A DNA stretch of 36,145 nt, from positions 1-36,145 of IMG/VR virus record IMGVR_UViG_3300045988_006074; one strand, 5' to 3'. Made by a program: the position numbers and the translations under genes. The notes under the pieces are model-generated. The model was not told where the DNA came from. It worked only from the letters and a program-made list of their open reading frames with translations, and made no database searches. This document shows, piece after piece, positions 1 to 8,261 of the stretch; within the stretch, counting starts at the first letter, position 1; the number at the start of each line of letters is the position of its first letter. The DNA is from a virus.

Positions 1-55
1 CACGCTCCAGATCCTTGACCACCTGCCCGGCGGCAATCTTGATGATTCCAGGTAC
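1..55. repeat. Terminal direct repeat, copy 1. Identical to 36091..36145; an overlap of a circular assembly.
   Basis: cacgctccagatccttgaccacctgcccggcggcaatcttgatgattccaggtac occurs at both ends of the window. One ORF reads through the junction. Confidence 0.9.
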
Positions 56-400
56 ATTCTCACCGATGATGCAACGTGGGCGCAGCTCGCGGATAACTCG
101 GAGCATCTCCGGCCATAGGTAACGGTCGTCCCCCTTTCCTTTTTGCTTTCCAGCCACGGAAAAGGGCTGACAGGGGAACCCTCCGGAAATAACGTCAACT
201 GTTCGTAGGCCTGTTCTTGCATAAAAACTCTCCTTTGTCAGCGTTCGGATATCCCGCCAACGCGGCACGTCAGGCCAGTGCTTTTCCAGCACCCGTGTTG
301 GGTAATCCGCAAACTCACATTGCCCGACGGTCTCGAAGCCCGCCCACTCTGCAGCAAGGTCCAAGCCGCCGATTCCAGAAAATAGGCTAAGATGCGTCAT
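1..400 (-). CDS. DNA (cytosine-5)-methyltransferase, N-terminal part (motifs I-IV). It continues across the circular junction into 36090..35489.
   Basis: Hand translation from the ATG at 400: [30 protein letters not shown]...[50 protein letters not shown]. It contains the FxGxG, PCQ and ENV motifs. The ATG overlaps the end of the upstream ORF. Confidence 0.9.
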   Translation of the reverse strand, partial: MTHLSLFSGIGGLDLAAEWAGFETVGQCEFADYPTRVLEKHWPDVPRWRDIRTLTKESFYARTGLRTVDVISGGFPCQPFSVAGKQKGKGDDRYLWPEMLRVIRELRPRCIIGENVPGIIKIAAGQVVKDLER

Positions 401-1220
401 CGCCCACCTCAACCTTTTCGTCCTGCTCCTCCGCGAACAGCTTCTGGAGTGCCGCTGCAGCTGCTTCGCTGCGGCGGTTTCCCGTCCTGGTTGGAGCCGT
501 TTCACCGGCATAATTTGCATCCAGCTCCTGGGCCTTCGTCGGCTTCTGACAGGCTTGCCGCTGATTTCCGCCAGACGGGCGCGCCCGGTTCTGTTCCCGG
601 GATAGCCAGGCATTGACGAACCGCATGATTCCGGTTTTGGTTTTTCGATTCCTGGGATTCGCCAGAAGCCACCCCCGCATGTTCCGCAGCTCCTGCATCA
701 CATCAACAGCGGGGTACAAGGTGCACAGCTCGTCCGCCGCATCCTGGCCGATCAAAAAATTATCGCCGCCGATCAGCGGCAACACCGCTGCGGCCGGGGG
801 GCTGTTTGGCAGCTCCCCGGAAACATTCGTAGTCTCCGAAGGAGACGGAGAATGTTTATTATAATATTCATTCTCTACCTCTACCTCTACCTCTTTCTCC
901 CTCTCTTTCTCGCTTACGGTTTCCCCTAGCTTCCAGTTTCCCCTAGCTTCCGGTTTGCTTTCCGTTTGCTTCCGGTTTGCTTCCGGTTTGCTTCCGCCTC
1001 TTTTACCACTTTCTGACTTCTCTCTCGCCTTGTCCAGCACGGGCCGGAGAAGCTCAAAAGCAATTGCCACGGAGTCGGAAACGCCAGATAAATCAGGCTC
1101 GACCTGATTCAGCGCATATGCGCATATGACATCATAGGCGTCGGCACGGTCAGTCTTTTTCCTAATCCTGCTGATTGCAGAATAGAAGCTTTCATAGAAC
1201 GTGAATTGCTTTCTTGCCAT
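387..1220 (-). CDS. Replication-associated or replisome-organiser-like protein. It has a DUF6291-like N-terminus ([16 protein letters not shown]...), a low-complexity linker and a conserved C-terminal module.
   Basis: An internal ATG at 1220 is preceded by GAAGAGGGGTGAG. The C-terminal part reads [11 protein letters not shown]...[39 protein letters not shown]. The function is inferred. Confidence 0.7.
   Translation of the reverse strand: MARKQFTFYESFYSAISRIRKKTDRADAYDVICAYALNQVEPDLSGVSDSVAIAFELLRPVLDKAREKSESGKRGGSKPEANRKQTESKPEARGNWKLGETVSEKEREKEVEVEVENEYYNKHSPSPSETTNVSGELPNSPPAAAVLPLIGGDNFLIGQDAADELCTLYPAVDVMQELRNMRGWLLANPRNRKTKTGIMRFVNAWLSREQNRARPSGGNQRQACQKPTKAQELDANYAGETAPTRTGNRRSEAAAAALQKLFAEEQDEKVEVGDDAS
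874..996. repeat. Tandem direct repeats inside the replication-protein linker, next to an AT-rich patch at 851..873. The repeats are tctacc x3, a 17-bp unit x2 and an 11-bp gtttgcttccg-type unit x4. This is a candidate iteron-type origin.
   Basis: Read directly: 874..891 (6-bp x3), 919..952 (gtttcccctagcttcc[a/g] x2), 953..996 (11-bp period x4). Confidence 0.6.
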
Positions 1221-1227
1221 CTCACGC

Positions 1228-1410
1228 TCACCCCTCTTCTGCGTATTTGAACGCCTCTCGCAGCGCCTGCCGACCGGCGGGGTACTCGGCCAAATAATAC
1301 CGGTGCTGCCGGTTGATGTAGACGATGCGGCCCGCAACCATGTTCTCGGTGTCGTCTCTGTTAAAGCACGTCGGCAGGAATCGCACCCGTTCACCCAATT
1401 GCACTCTCAC
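1228..1410 (-). CDS. Small hypothetical protein (VRVQLGERVRFLP...RIVYINRQHRYYLAEYPAGRQALREAFKY).
   Basis: A GTG at 1410 is preceded by GGAGGAAGGAGGG. The longer ATG start at 1485 lies inside the upstream gene. Confidence 0.6.
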   Translation of the reverse strand: MRVQLGERVRFLPTCFNRDDTENMVAGRIVYINRQHRYYLAEYPAGRQALREAFKYAEEG

Positions 1411-1630
1411 GGCTTGTCCCTCCTTCCTCCAGGCGATAGCGCTTAATATGGCACGTCTCGCCGTAGCGGTTCTTGACGCACTCAATCGCGCCGGTGATCT
1501 CGTACCCCCGGTTCTTCAGATCGAAAATTCTAACCCCCAGCCGATAGCAGCCGTACTCTGTCATTGCCTCGGCCTGGGTGATGCTGCCATAGTCCCGCAA
1601 ATGGCGGAGGATGCGTTCACACTGTGTCAT
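1391..1630 (-). CDS. Winged-helix DNA-binding protein (HTH_39-like).
   Basis: MTQCERILRHLRDYGSITQAEAMTEYGCYRLGVRIFDLKNRGYEI...RYRL, read from the internal ATG at 1630. Confidence 0.65.
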   Translation of the reverse strand: MTQCERILRHLRDYGSITQAEAMTEYGCYRLGVRIFDLKNRGYEITGAIECVKNRYGETCHIKRYRLEEGGTSRESAIG

Positions 1631-1856
1631 GGTCGTCACCTCCGGAAAGCAGGTCCAGATATTTGTTGATGTACCAGCGGGCCTTTTCCATGTCCTCTGT
1701 GCCGCCTTTGTGGTCGGCCCGCCACAGATACTTGAACGCCGCAATCTTCGCGTATACGGCCACCTGGGCCGCCCCAAAGGCAGATACCATGGCGTCAATA
1801 CATTCCACGCTGCCGCTCGTGTAATGTGCAGGATGATTTACAGGGTCGTTATACAT
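1617..1856 (-). CDS. DUF3310-family phage protein.
   Basis: MYNDPVNHPAHYTSGSVECIDAM...AAFKYLWRADHKGGTEDMEKARWYI, the classic DUF3310 pattern. Confidence 0.75.
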   Translation of the reverse strand: MYNDPVNHPAHYTSGSVECIDAMVSAFGAAQVAVYAKIAAFKYLWRADHKGGTEDMEKARWYINKYLDLLSGGDDHDTV

Positions 1857-2205
1857 CGCTCTTGCCCTCCATTTCGTTGTACCGTTCCTCCCACGGAGAA
1901 AAGTTTTCGTCACCGACAATCTGCCGCAGCTGCTCGTCGATCTTTGCGCGGGAGTAGACCAGTTCTTTGTCCTCGGCGCCGTCAGCGTCGATCATGGCCG
2001 CGATATCGTTTACTGCCTTCTTGTATTCGTCCATGAATTGCCGTGCGCGGCCCTTGCCCAAGCCAAGCTTGCGATTTGCAGCGATGACGGCGGCATCTGC
2101 GCCGATCTGCAGGCAGACGTCAAGCTGCTGCTGATACCTGGAATAAGCCCGCGCCATCATCGCGGCGTCCCGCTTCATCAGATACGCGCTTTGCCCTCTA
2201 GCCAT
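1849..2205 (-). CDS. Hypothetical early protein.
   Basis: An ATG at 2205 lies 6 nt after GGAGG. It overlaps the stop of the upstream gene. Confidence 0.6.
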   Translation of the reverse strand: MARGQSAYLMKRDAAMMARAYSRYQQQLDVCLQIGADAAVIAANRKLGLGKGRARQFMDEYKKAVNDIAAMIDADGAEDKELVYSRAKIDEQLRQIVGDENFSPWEERYNEMEGKSDV

Positions 2206-2551
2206 TGGCATCCTCCGTTTCCGCACAACGCTCTGCCAGCCGTGCGACTTTGGTCTCCTCCCACCGCGCTACCGCTTCCGCGCAGTCAAACAGCTGCACC
2301 ATCTGATCTACCGTGATAAGCACGTCCGCGATTTCCTCCGCGATATGATCCGGATCGCCGCCGCTGCGGATGTATTTGCAAAGCTCTTTTTGCAGCTCGG
2401 AAAGCTCTTCGACGCAGACGGTCGCTTGCATTTTCCCGCCGAATTTCTCCAGCGCGGCGGCGTAGGTTGGGTGATTGTCCTTCGTCCGCGACGCCCGGCC
2501 AAATGCAAAGCCGTTGCGGAACGCCGTTTCCAGCATATCGTATTGATTCAT
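2198..2551 (-). CDS. MazG-like nucleotide pyrophosphohydrolase-family protein.
   Basis: CVEELSELQKELCKYIR...HIAEEIADVLITVDQM, an EExxE...EExxD-type helical pattern. Confidence 0.6.
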   Translation of the reverse strand: MNQYDMLETAFRNGFAFGRASRTKDNHPTYAAALEKFGGKMQATVCVEELSELQKELCKYIRSGGDPDHIAEEIADVLITVDQMVQLFDCAEAVARWEETKVARLAERCAETEDANG

Positions 2552-2913
2552 GGAGTCTCCCTTCCTTTCAGATCTATCCCGGCCTCATATTCCCGGTAAA
2601 TTTCCATAAAATCCGGCAGTTCCAGCGTCACCAAAATCTCGTGATTGTTTCGCTTGTGGAATACCGCTGGGAGCCGCCCAGTGCCCGTACAATCGCGCTT
2701 CGCCTGGGCCATCCAATCATAAATCCGCATCTGTTCGCAGGCCTTTGCTTCGATGTGCAGGCCAGGCAGGCCGACGACGTCGGATGCGTCGCCGGTGTTG
2801 CCGCAATACTGGGCCGTCCGCCGCGCCGGGTAGCCGTATTCCCGCAGCCGGGATGCAAGCTGCCGCTCAAAGCGGGCCCCTTTTTGTTTGCTGTTGATTG
2901 GCACGATCGCCAC
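2548..2913 (-). CDS. PD-(D/E)xK Holliday-junction resolvase-like nuclease (Hjc/RecU-like).
   Basis: SKQKGARFERQLASRLREYGYPARR...DASDVVGLPGLHIEAK, a D...E-x-K arrangement. Confidence 0.6.
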   Translation of the reverse strand: MAIVPINSKQKGARFERQLASRLREYGYPARRTAQYCGNTGDASDVVGLPGLHIEAKACEQMRIYDWMAQAKRDCTGTGRLPAVFHKRNNHEILVTLELPDFMEIYREYEAGIDLKGRETP

Positions 2914-2965
2914 CCCTTTCCTGTGTGCTGCGCGGCCCTATATGGGCCGCGCAGCAGTATGAATA

Positions 2966-3700
2966 TCATAGCATCACTACAACGCTGCCCGCTTCGATTT
3001 CAGGTGAAAGCGCTTCGTCCAGGTATGATTTGATACGCTTTCTGGCTTCTAGTTTCCACATTCCGCCATCAGCTTCAACAAAACTAATCCCGCGCTCATC
3101 AATGCGGATCAGGAAAAGTCCGTCCGGCTGCTCCAGCTCCTGGAAGGTTCGATAAGGACGCAGGGAAACAAGCGGTTTTATTGTTGCGTTTTGCTGCAGC
3201 GAAACGCCCTTTTGCGTGACAACTGTAGTCGCAACCCCGATATCGTTATAGGTAACTTTCGCTCCGGTGGTAATCTGACTGAGTAGCTGTAGGGTATAAG
3301 CACGGTCGGGGCTATCCTGGAATCTCGTCTGCAACGCCACGGCGGCGCGTTCAAACGAGAGCTTCGTTTCTTCATCCCACCCGGGGACATCCGTTGCGTG
3401 TACGGAATAAATCACAGGCCGAATTTCGCGGGTCTGCGGCTGCAGGAATGATTCCACCAGCAGGTGGGACGGAATATCGACATAAATCGGACCAGCGCCG
3501 GAATATTTCGTGAGTGCTTCGGTGCGAATCATCTTTACAATCGCATCCAAACTGTTCAACTTCAACGCTTCCGGGAGGTCGATTTCCTCGCGGATTTCTG
3601 CGAATTCGCCATCCCGATTGATCAGAAAAGAATGGCCATCCTTCTCGTAAACGCTCGGCTCTACCATGGATTCGATTTTTTCAATTGCACTTTTCAGCAT
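2966..3700 (-). CDS. Conserved hypothetical early protein (244 aa).
   Basis: Clean ORF with a strong RBS: AAGGAGGAAGAAAA then ATG. Confidence 0.7.
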   Translation of the reverse strand: MLKSAIEKIESMVEPSVYEKDGHSFLINRDGEFAEIREEIDLPEALKLNSLDAIVKMIRTEALTKYSGAGPIYVDIPSHLLVESFLQPQTREIRPVIYSVHATDVPGWDEETKLSFERAAVALQTRFQDSPDRAYTLQLLSQITTGAKVTYNDIGVATTVVTQKGVSLQQNATIKPLVSLRPYRTFQELEQPDGLFLIRIDERGISFVEADGGMWKLEARKRIKSYLDEALSPEIEAGSVVVML

Positions 3701-3712
3701 TTTTCTTCCTCC

Positions 3713-4084
3713 TTATGCATTTCTTACCATTTTCAAAATCGGCGCGGCTTCCTGCTCTTCGCCGAACATATCCTGCTGCCCCGGAACATTGGGCACCATT
3801 TCCACGGCTACCACTTCGCCAGTAGCGCCATCTCCAGTGATGTACAGCGATGTAGATACCGGATTCGTCGGGCAAAGTGCGCTTTTCGCTGTGCAATTTA
3901 CGAACACGGTCTGCCGATTATCGTCCGGCTGCAGCTCAATCGTCAGTGTCAGCTTGCGCTTTTTCTGCGTGCTTGTGTTCGGGTCCAGGATGTTGTCAAT
4001 TACCTTCGCCATCTCATAGTCGATCCGTTCCTGAATCGCACCCCTGGCCATTTGCAAAATACTTGTTTTCGCTTCTTCGTTCAT
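3713..4084 (-). CDS. Hypothetical early protein (123 aa).
   Basis: ORF with a GTGAGG RBS, located between ssb and the 244-aa gene. Confidence 0.7.
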   Translation of the reverse strand: MNEEAKTSILQMARGAIQERIDYEMAKVIDNILDPNTSTQKKRKLTLTIELQPDDNRQTVFVNCTAKSALCPTNPVSTSLYITGDGATGEVVAVEMVPNVPGQQDMFGEEQEAAPILKMVRNA

Positions 4085-4100
4085 GTTTTACCTCACTTTC

Positions 4101-4523
4101 TCAAAACGGCAGGCCGTCATCGTCGCATTCCGGCAGTTCTTCCAGCGCCGGGGCCGTGCCATCCTGGGCCGCCGCCTGCGGAGCCGCGCTGCCGGTTTCT
4201 TTCTTGCTGCCGCCAAAATACACGTGCTCCGCGACGACCTCGGTACTTCGGCGCTTATTCCCGTTGTCGTCCGTCCATGGCCGGATCTGCAGCCGTCCGG
4301 AGACGATTGCCAGCTGTCCCTTGGTAAAATACTTGCTGACAAACTCCGCCGTGCCGCGCCAGGCAACGATGTCGACAAAGTCCGTTTCCCGTTCGCCGCC
4401 GTCCTTGCTGGTATAATCCCGGTCGACGGCCAGCGCGAAGGACGCAACCGCAGTCCCGTTTGCAGTGTGCCGAAGCTCCGGGTCTCGCGTCAGGCGGCCT
4501 GCGATGGTGATTTGATTAAGCAT
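4101..4523 (-). CDS. ssb: Single-stranded DNA-binding protein.
   Basis: MLNQITIAGRLTRDPELRHT...FVDIVAWRGTAEFVSKYFTKG, with an acidic tail ending DDDGLPF. Confidence 0.9.
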   Translation of the reverse strand: MLNQITIAGRLTRDPELRHTANGTAVASFALAVDRDYTSKDGGERETDFVDIVAWRGTAEFVSKYFTKGQLAIVSGRLQIRPWTDDNGNKRRSTEVVAEHVYFGGSKKETGSAAPQAAAQDGTAPALEELPECDDDGLPF

Positions 4524-5319
4524 TGTCGATTACCTCCACGATTTTCCCAGACTCCAGCTTGTACCATGTGTTTTCTTTAATTGTTTCTCCGTCCACTTTC
4601 ACGGCGGCAAAGTCAAGCGTGTTGCCGTCATCATCCGTATCTACCAGCAGAAGGATCGCGCCGACCTTCCCGCTGACATTCCCGCCGTTTCCGATCACAG
4701 CAGCGATTCCGTTGCGTCCAACGGACGCTTGGCCTTCTTTCCGTGCTATGGCTGCGCCGCAGTTCCCGGCGTTGGCTGCGCCCAAGTCCCCGGCGTTGGC
4801 TGCGCCCCAGTCCCCGGCGTTGGCTGCGCCGCAGTTCCCGGCGTTGGCTGCGCCGCAGTTCCCGGCGTTGGCTGCGCCACGGTACCCGGCGTTGGCTGCG
4901 CCCAAGTTCCCGGCGTTGGCTGCGCCACGGTACCCGGCGTTGGCTGCGCCCAAGTCCCCGGCGTTGGCTGCGCCGTCTACTTGTGTCGCTTCTGCGATTT
5001 TACCGGCGAAGTTTACGCGTTCAAAGAACGCGCAAACGCTGGCCTTCACCATATCAAATACACTGATTTTCGCGCCGATCCGCAACTTTTTGCTGCAGTA
5101 CTTGGCGTCATCATCTGTCACAGGATCGTCCAGTGCTTCTACCTCGGCAAATTCGTGATTTTCACTGGGGGCATAATACGAAAACACTTGATGTGGCAGG
5201 GCGCAGAAGTGCATCCCGCTTTGGCAGATTTCGGCATCATCTTCTTCGAATACGGTATTTTCAGCGTACTGCTTGCCGCGGCACACCAGGCCTTTTTCAA
5301 ATCCCTTGTAGCCTTTCAT
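4516..5319 (-). CDS. DUF7666-like phage protein with nine GAANAGxx octapeptide repeats.
   Basis: The N-terminus reads MKGYKGFEKGLVCRGKQYAENTVFEEDDAEICQSGMHFCALP. This is followed by the GAANAG[D/N/Y][L/W/C/R] array. Confidence 0.8.
   Translation of the reverse strand: MKGYKGFEKGLVCRGKQYAENTVFEEDDAEICQSGMHFCALPHQVFSYYAPSENHEFAEVEALDDPVTDDDAKYCSKKLRIGAKISVFDMVKASVCAFFERVNFAGKIAEATQVDGAANAGDLGAANAGYRGAANAGNLGAANAGYRGAANAGNCGAANAGNCGAANAGDWGAANAGDLGAANAGNCGAAIARKEGQASVGRNGIAAVIGNGGNVSGKVGAILLLVDTDDDGNTLDFAAVKVDGETIKENTWYKLESGKIVEVIDNA
4750..4974. repeat. A 24-bp tandem repeat array within a CDS. Nine perfect units each have 18 invariant nt and a 6-nt variable cassette.
   Basis: ggctgcgcc-NNNNNN-cccggcgtt x9. 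The variable hexamers are gcagtt, caagtc, ccagtc, gcagtt, gcagtt, acggta, caagtt, acggta, caagtc. Confidence 0.95.
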
Positions 5320-6125
5320 TCACTCACAACCTCCCACGTATTCGCATCGACGTTGGGAATCTCCTCTGCATCCGCGTCAAAGATCGTCTCCGAAGGGACG
5401 GAATACATGTCATCCGAGATATCCCGTTTGATGGTCTCATCCTGTACTGCGGCCCGAACAAAGTCGGATTTCAGCGGGGCATATTTGAGGACGCGCTTTA
5501 ATACGGTTTTCTTTGCCATTTCCTCAAAATTCGTTTTCCAGGGGGAATAGCTGCTGCTATATGCCTTACTGTATTTCGCCGCGTGCTTGCGGACGTCTTC
5601 CATGCTCATGACTTCAAAGCCAAAGCCGCCGCTCTTCGTTTTGAATACGGCATAGACTTTGATCGGATCACCACGGTCATGGTCTGCAGGCCGGTGCGTT
5701 AGTTTCGGCTCCAGGCCGTATTCGCATTCAAATTCGTCGTTTTCGTAGACGACGTGCGCCTGGATTACCTCGACCTCCCCGGACCGATACGCCAGGTCAA
5801 TCAGCCCCTTATATCCAAGCTGGAATTGGGCCTCCAGAACGCCCTTATTGCTGTACGGCAGGACGTACGCCTGCCCCAGCGGGGTATTGACTTCCAGGCC
5901 AAGCTGGGCGCTCGTCATCATGGCCCCCAGGAAGCTTGCCGGGGTGCAGCTGCCAAGCTTCGGATTGACGGAGATCGCGGAAAGCACGATCCGCGTGAAG
6001 CGCTCTGGAGTGATAACAGAAGGGAGCGCCTTTCTGATCTCGCCCTCCATGCTCTTGATGTACTGCTGCATTGTCTTCTGCTCTGGCGCTCGATTGGCCA
6101 GCTGATTCTGAATTTTTCCTGCCAT
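5316..6125 (-). CDS. recT: RecT-family single-strand annealing protein.
   Basis: ...ITPERFTRIVLSAISVNPKLGSCTPASFLGAMMTSAQLGLE...QFQLGYKGLIDLAYRSG. Confidence 0.85.
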   Translation of the reverse strand: MAGKIQNQLANRAPEQKTMQQYIKSMEGEIRKALPSVITPERFTRIVLSAISVNPKLGSCTPASFLGAMMTSAQLGLEVNTPLGQAYVLPYSNKGVLEAQFQLGYKGLIDLAYRSGEVEVIQAHVVYENDEFECEYGLEPKLTHRPADHDRGDPIKVYAVFKTKSGGFGFEVMSMEDVRKHAAKYSKAYSSSYSPWKTNFEEMAKKTVLKRVLKYAPLKSDFVRAAVQDETIKRDISDDMYSVPSETIFDADAEEIPNVDANTWEVVSE

Positions 6126-6130
6126 GCTGC

Positions 6131-7066
6131 CTAGTCTCCTTTCGTTTCCATCACCCGGAACGCCCGGGCGGTCGATTCTTTGTAATAGCCGGATAGATCC
6201 ATATCCGGATGGTCGCTTGCAAAGCGCTTGCTATCGAAGGTGCGCCGGGTCTGTGTTTTCCAGGAAACTTTGTACCGGTCACATACCCCGGTTCCGGCGT
6301 CGCACATAAATGCTTTGATGCGGTTCGCGCATTCGTTCCGGTCGGTCTCCAAAGCTTTGATGTTCTGGCCAATGTCTGCATACCGATCCAGTTCCGCCGC
6401 CAGGCAGAACAGATCAACCGTGCTTTCGTCGCTGTCCGGATGCAGCGCCGTCAGGGCCGCCGTCGTGCCGCTGGAACCGTCGATTTCCGGCGGCGTGCCC
6501 GTTTTCACGTGCTCCCAAAAATCCGCTTCTGCGGTCATCAGCGCCGCAATCTCGGCTTCGTCGCGCTCGATCGTGAACCACCTGAATTCCCGGTTTCCGA
6601 TAAGCACCGCCAAATACCAGCGCTGCTTTCCGGTGACGGCAAGATAATGCACGCTTTGGACATAGTAGTTTGCCGGATATTCGCCGCCCCGGAATTTTTT
6701 CAGGTTCATCGTGTCCGTCGTTTTAATCTCAAGCCCGGCGTCCTCGCCGATGATCTCCCGGTCGATGTTTGCAATGGCCCATGGGTAATCACTGTTGAAG
6801 AAACTGTGATTCGCCCGGCGGACCTTCTTACCGGTTTCCGCCGCGAATTTCTGGGCGACGAATTCCTCCAGGTATGTGCCGACCTCCGTCGCCAGGTTCC
6901 CGGAAAAGCCCGGAAGCCTTCCGGTTTTTTCTGCCCACAGGCTGTACGGGGAAACATAAGCATTCATCCCGACGACCGCAGCGGCGTCGCTGCCGCCAAT
7001 GTACCGGCTCCGGAGGGCCTTCCATTCCTCCAGGTTCGCGGTTTTTACCTTTGTGATCTCTGGCAT
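6131..7066 (-). CDS. YqaJ-type (lambda Exo-like, PD-(D/E)xK) recombination exonuclease.
   Basis: EEWKALRSRYIGGSDAAAVVGMNAYVSPYSLWAEKTG...LEIKTT. The gene is paired with recT. Confidence 0.85.
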   Translation of the reverse strand: MPEITKVKTANLEEWKALRSRYIGGSDAAAVVGMNAYVSPYSLWAEKTGRLPGFSGNLATEVGTYLEEFVAQKFAAETGKKVRRANHSFFNSDYPWAIANIDREIIGEDAGLEIKTTDTMNLKKFRGGEYPANYYVQSVHYLAVTGKQRWYLAVLIGNREFRWFTIERDEAEIAALMTAEADFWEHVKTGTPPEIDGSSGTTAALTALHPDSDESTVDLFCLAAELDRYADIGQNIKALETDRNECANRIKAFMCDAGTGVCDRYKVSWKTQTRRTFDSKRFASDHPDMDLSGYYKESTARAFRVMETKGD

Positions 7067-7084
7067 TTTCTCACCCTCTCGCAG

Positions 7085-7276
7085 TCATCCGACATCGCGC
7101 CGGAAAAAGAAATCCACGCAGCTTTCACACATGATCCTGCCGCCGATTTCGTAATAATAGCCGTCTTGAATCGGCTCATCGCAGGAGTCACAGATCGGCA
7201 ATTCCTCTAGCTGCGCCGCCTGGGCCGCATCGTGGGCCTGCCAGGCGTCGTAATTATCCGGGATGCGCTGATTCAT
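7085..7276 (-). CDS. Small zinc-binding protein (63 aa).
   Basis: MNQRIPDNYDAW...ICDSCDEPI...RIMCESCVDFF. The start overlaps the upstream stop as ATGA. Confidence 0.6.
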   Translation of the reverse strand: MNQRIPDNYDAWQAHDAAQAAQLEELPICDSCDEPIQDGYYYEIGGRIMCESCVDFFFRRDVG

Positions 7277-7593
7277 TCCGCCACCTCCTGCACCTTCTCG
7301 CGAATCTCCAGCCGCTTGCGCAGCCGTCCGCACTCCGCCTCCAGCTCCAGGATGCGGATATCCCGGTCACTGTCCAGGAGAAACTGTGCGCCGTCCAGCC
7401 GGTTTTGCAGCCGCTTGACCTCGCACTGTAGCCGCTTCGCCTGGGCGGCGCTGCGGTCCCGCTGCGCCGCAAGGGACGCATTATCTGCCTGCAGCTTCTG
7501 CATCGCCCGGCGGCCTGCCGCGTTCTCGCAGATCCAGTCGATCAGCAGGAAGAGGACGAATGCAGCAGTCAGAAAAAGCATTGTTAAGGCCAT
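7273..7593 (-). CDS. Membrane-anchored coiled-coil protein.
   Basis: MALTMLFLTAAFVLFLLIDWI, then a heptad-like stretch QKLQADNASLAAQRDR...LELEAECGRLRKRLE. GAAGGGGGG lies upstream. Confidence 0.6.
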   Translation of the reverse strand: MALTMLFLTAAFVLFLLIDWICENAAGRRAMQKLQADNASLAAQRDRSAAQAKRLQCEVKRLQNRLDGAQFLLDSDRDIRILELEAECGRLRKRLEIREKVQEVAE

Positions 7594-7754
7594 TGTGTGG
7601 CGCCCCCCTTCTTCCGCTCCGCCATCCGCCGGAATGGGCCGCAGACCGCCGCCCAGTTGACGCGGATGTAATATTTCCAGGCCTGGCACATATAGTTTCC
7701 GTTTACGCATTTAGCGCTCTGGTGCTCGCAGATATCGCACGGATTCGGCAGCAT
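7584..7754 (-). CDS. Small Cys-rich protein (56 aa, below the ORF-track cut-off).
   Basis: Hand translation: MLPNPCDICEHQSAKCVNGNYMCQAWKYYIRVNWAAVCGPFRRMAERKKGGATQWP. The start is coupled to the upstream stop as TGATG. Confidence 0.5.
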   Translation of the reverse strand: MLPNPCDICEHQSAKCVNGNYMCQAWKYYIRVNWAAVCGPFRRMAERKKGGATQWP

Positions 7755-7993
7755 CACTCCACCGCCGTTTCTGCGTCGATCGCGTTCTCCACGATCTCAA
7801 AATCCAGCATCGTGACGCCCTGGGCCATCAGCTGCTTGCCGCGCTTTTCCAGCACACGCAGCGAATAAAGCACCTGACGGCGGCGGTATTTCACGCGCTG
7901 CTCCCGCCGGGCCAGCTTGACCGCGTCCGTTTTCGTCAGGCGCGCGATCTCGGATTCTACCTGTTCGTCCGTCAAAAATGTGGTCTTTGCCAT
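7754..7993 (-). CDS. Hypothetical early protein (79 aa).
   Basis: ORF with a GAAGGAGGA RBS. Confidence 0.65.
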   Translation of the reverse strand: MAKTTFLTDEQVESEIARLTKTDAVKLARREQRVKYRRRQVLYSLRVLEKRGKQLMAQGVTMLDFEIVENAIDAETAVE

Positions 7994-8023
7994 TTTGGTG
8001 ATCCTCCTTCGTGTTTTCGTTGG

Positions 8024-8233
8024 TTACTCGGTCGGGACGCTTCGCTCAGAAATCCACTCGTCGAGAAGCCTTTTAAAGATCATGACGACGCGGCTCTTGC
8101 CGTTTGCTCTGAATGCAGTGCCGAAGGAGAAAACGCCATTCTCCAGCCCCGACGCAAGCGTCTCGTTGGAAATGGAAAGCCCCCGCTCACGAAGATAAGC
8201 CGCCGCCTCATTGAGTGTTAATGTTTGAATCAT
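8024..8233 (-). CDS. Small HTH DNA-binding protein (excisionase/MerR-like, HTH_17 type).
   Basis: MIQTLTLNEAAAYLRERGLSISNETL... It lies in the early operon just downstream of the Cro-like gene. Confidence 0.55.
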   Translation of the reverse strand: MIQTLTLNEAAAYLRERGLSISNETLASGLENGVFSFGTAFRANGKSRVVMIFKRLLDEWISERSVPTE

Positions 8234-8261
8234 TGATTTTCCCTTTCTCCTGTGTTATAAT
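8233..8261 (+). promoter_or_regulatory. Near-consensus extended -10 promoter on the plus strand, antisense to the early operon.
   Basis: TTGATT (8233..8238), a 17-nt spacer, then TGtTATAAT (8253..8261). It overlaps the palindrome TCCTGTG-N10-CACAGGA at 8248..8271. Confidence 0.35.

Noticed and set aside
1-55. The terminal repeat read as a phage DTR or cos site.
   Set aside because: Its length and exactness fit a k-mer overlap from circular assembly. It also falls in the middle of a conserved methyltransferase motif region.
387-1394. The full-length 335-aa version of the replication-protein ORF. The same applies to other maximal ORFs, for example 1391..1798, 1617..1919, 7273..7710, 24890..25459 and 34721..35410.
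   Set aside because: The upstream extensions overlap the preceding genes extensively, look like out-of-frame sequence, and lack an RBS. Internal starts with good SD sequences give compact, slightly overlapping gene packing.
4750-4974. A regular 24-bp repeat array that could be mistaken for a CRISPR array or a DGR variable region.
   Set aside because: The 'spacers' are only 6 nt long. The array is in frame within a protein (GAANAGxx). No cas genes, reverse transcriptase or template repeat exist in the genome.
6209-7210. A long plus-strand ORF (333 aa). Similar long ORFs occur opposite real genes, for example 17789..19126, 25545..26681, 3464..4327, 22099..22713 and 31770..32606.
   Set aside because: These are antisense shadow ORFs, typical of GC-rich coding DNA. 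Their translations are Arg/Ala/Pro/Cys-rich and featureless. They have no RBS, and each lies fully inside a minus-strand gene with recognisable family motifs.
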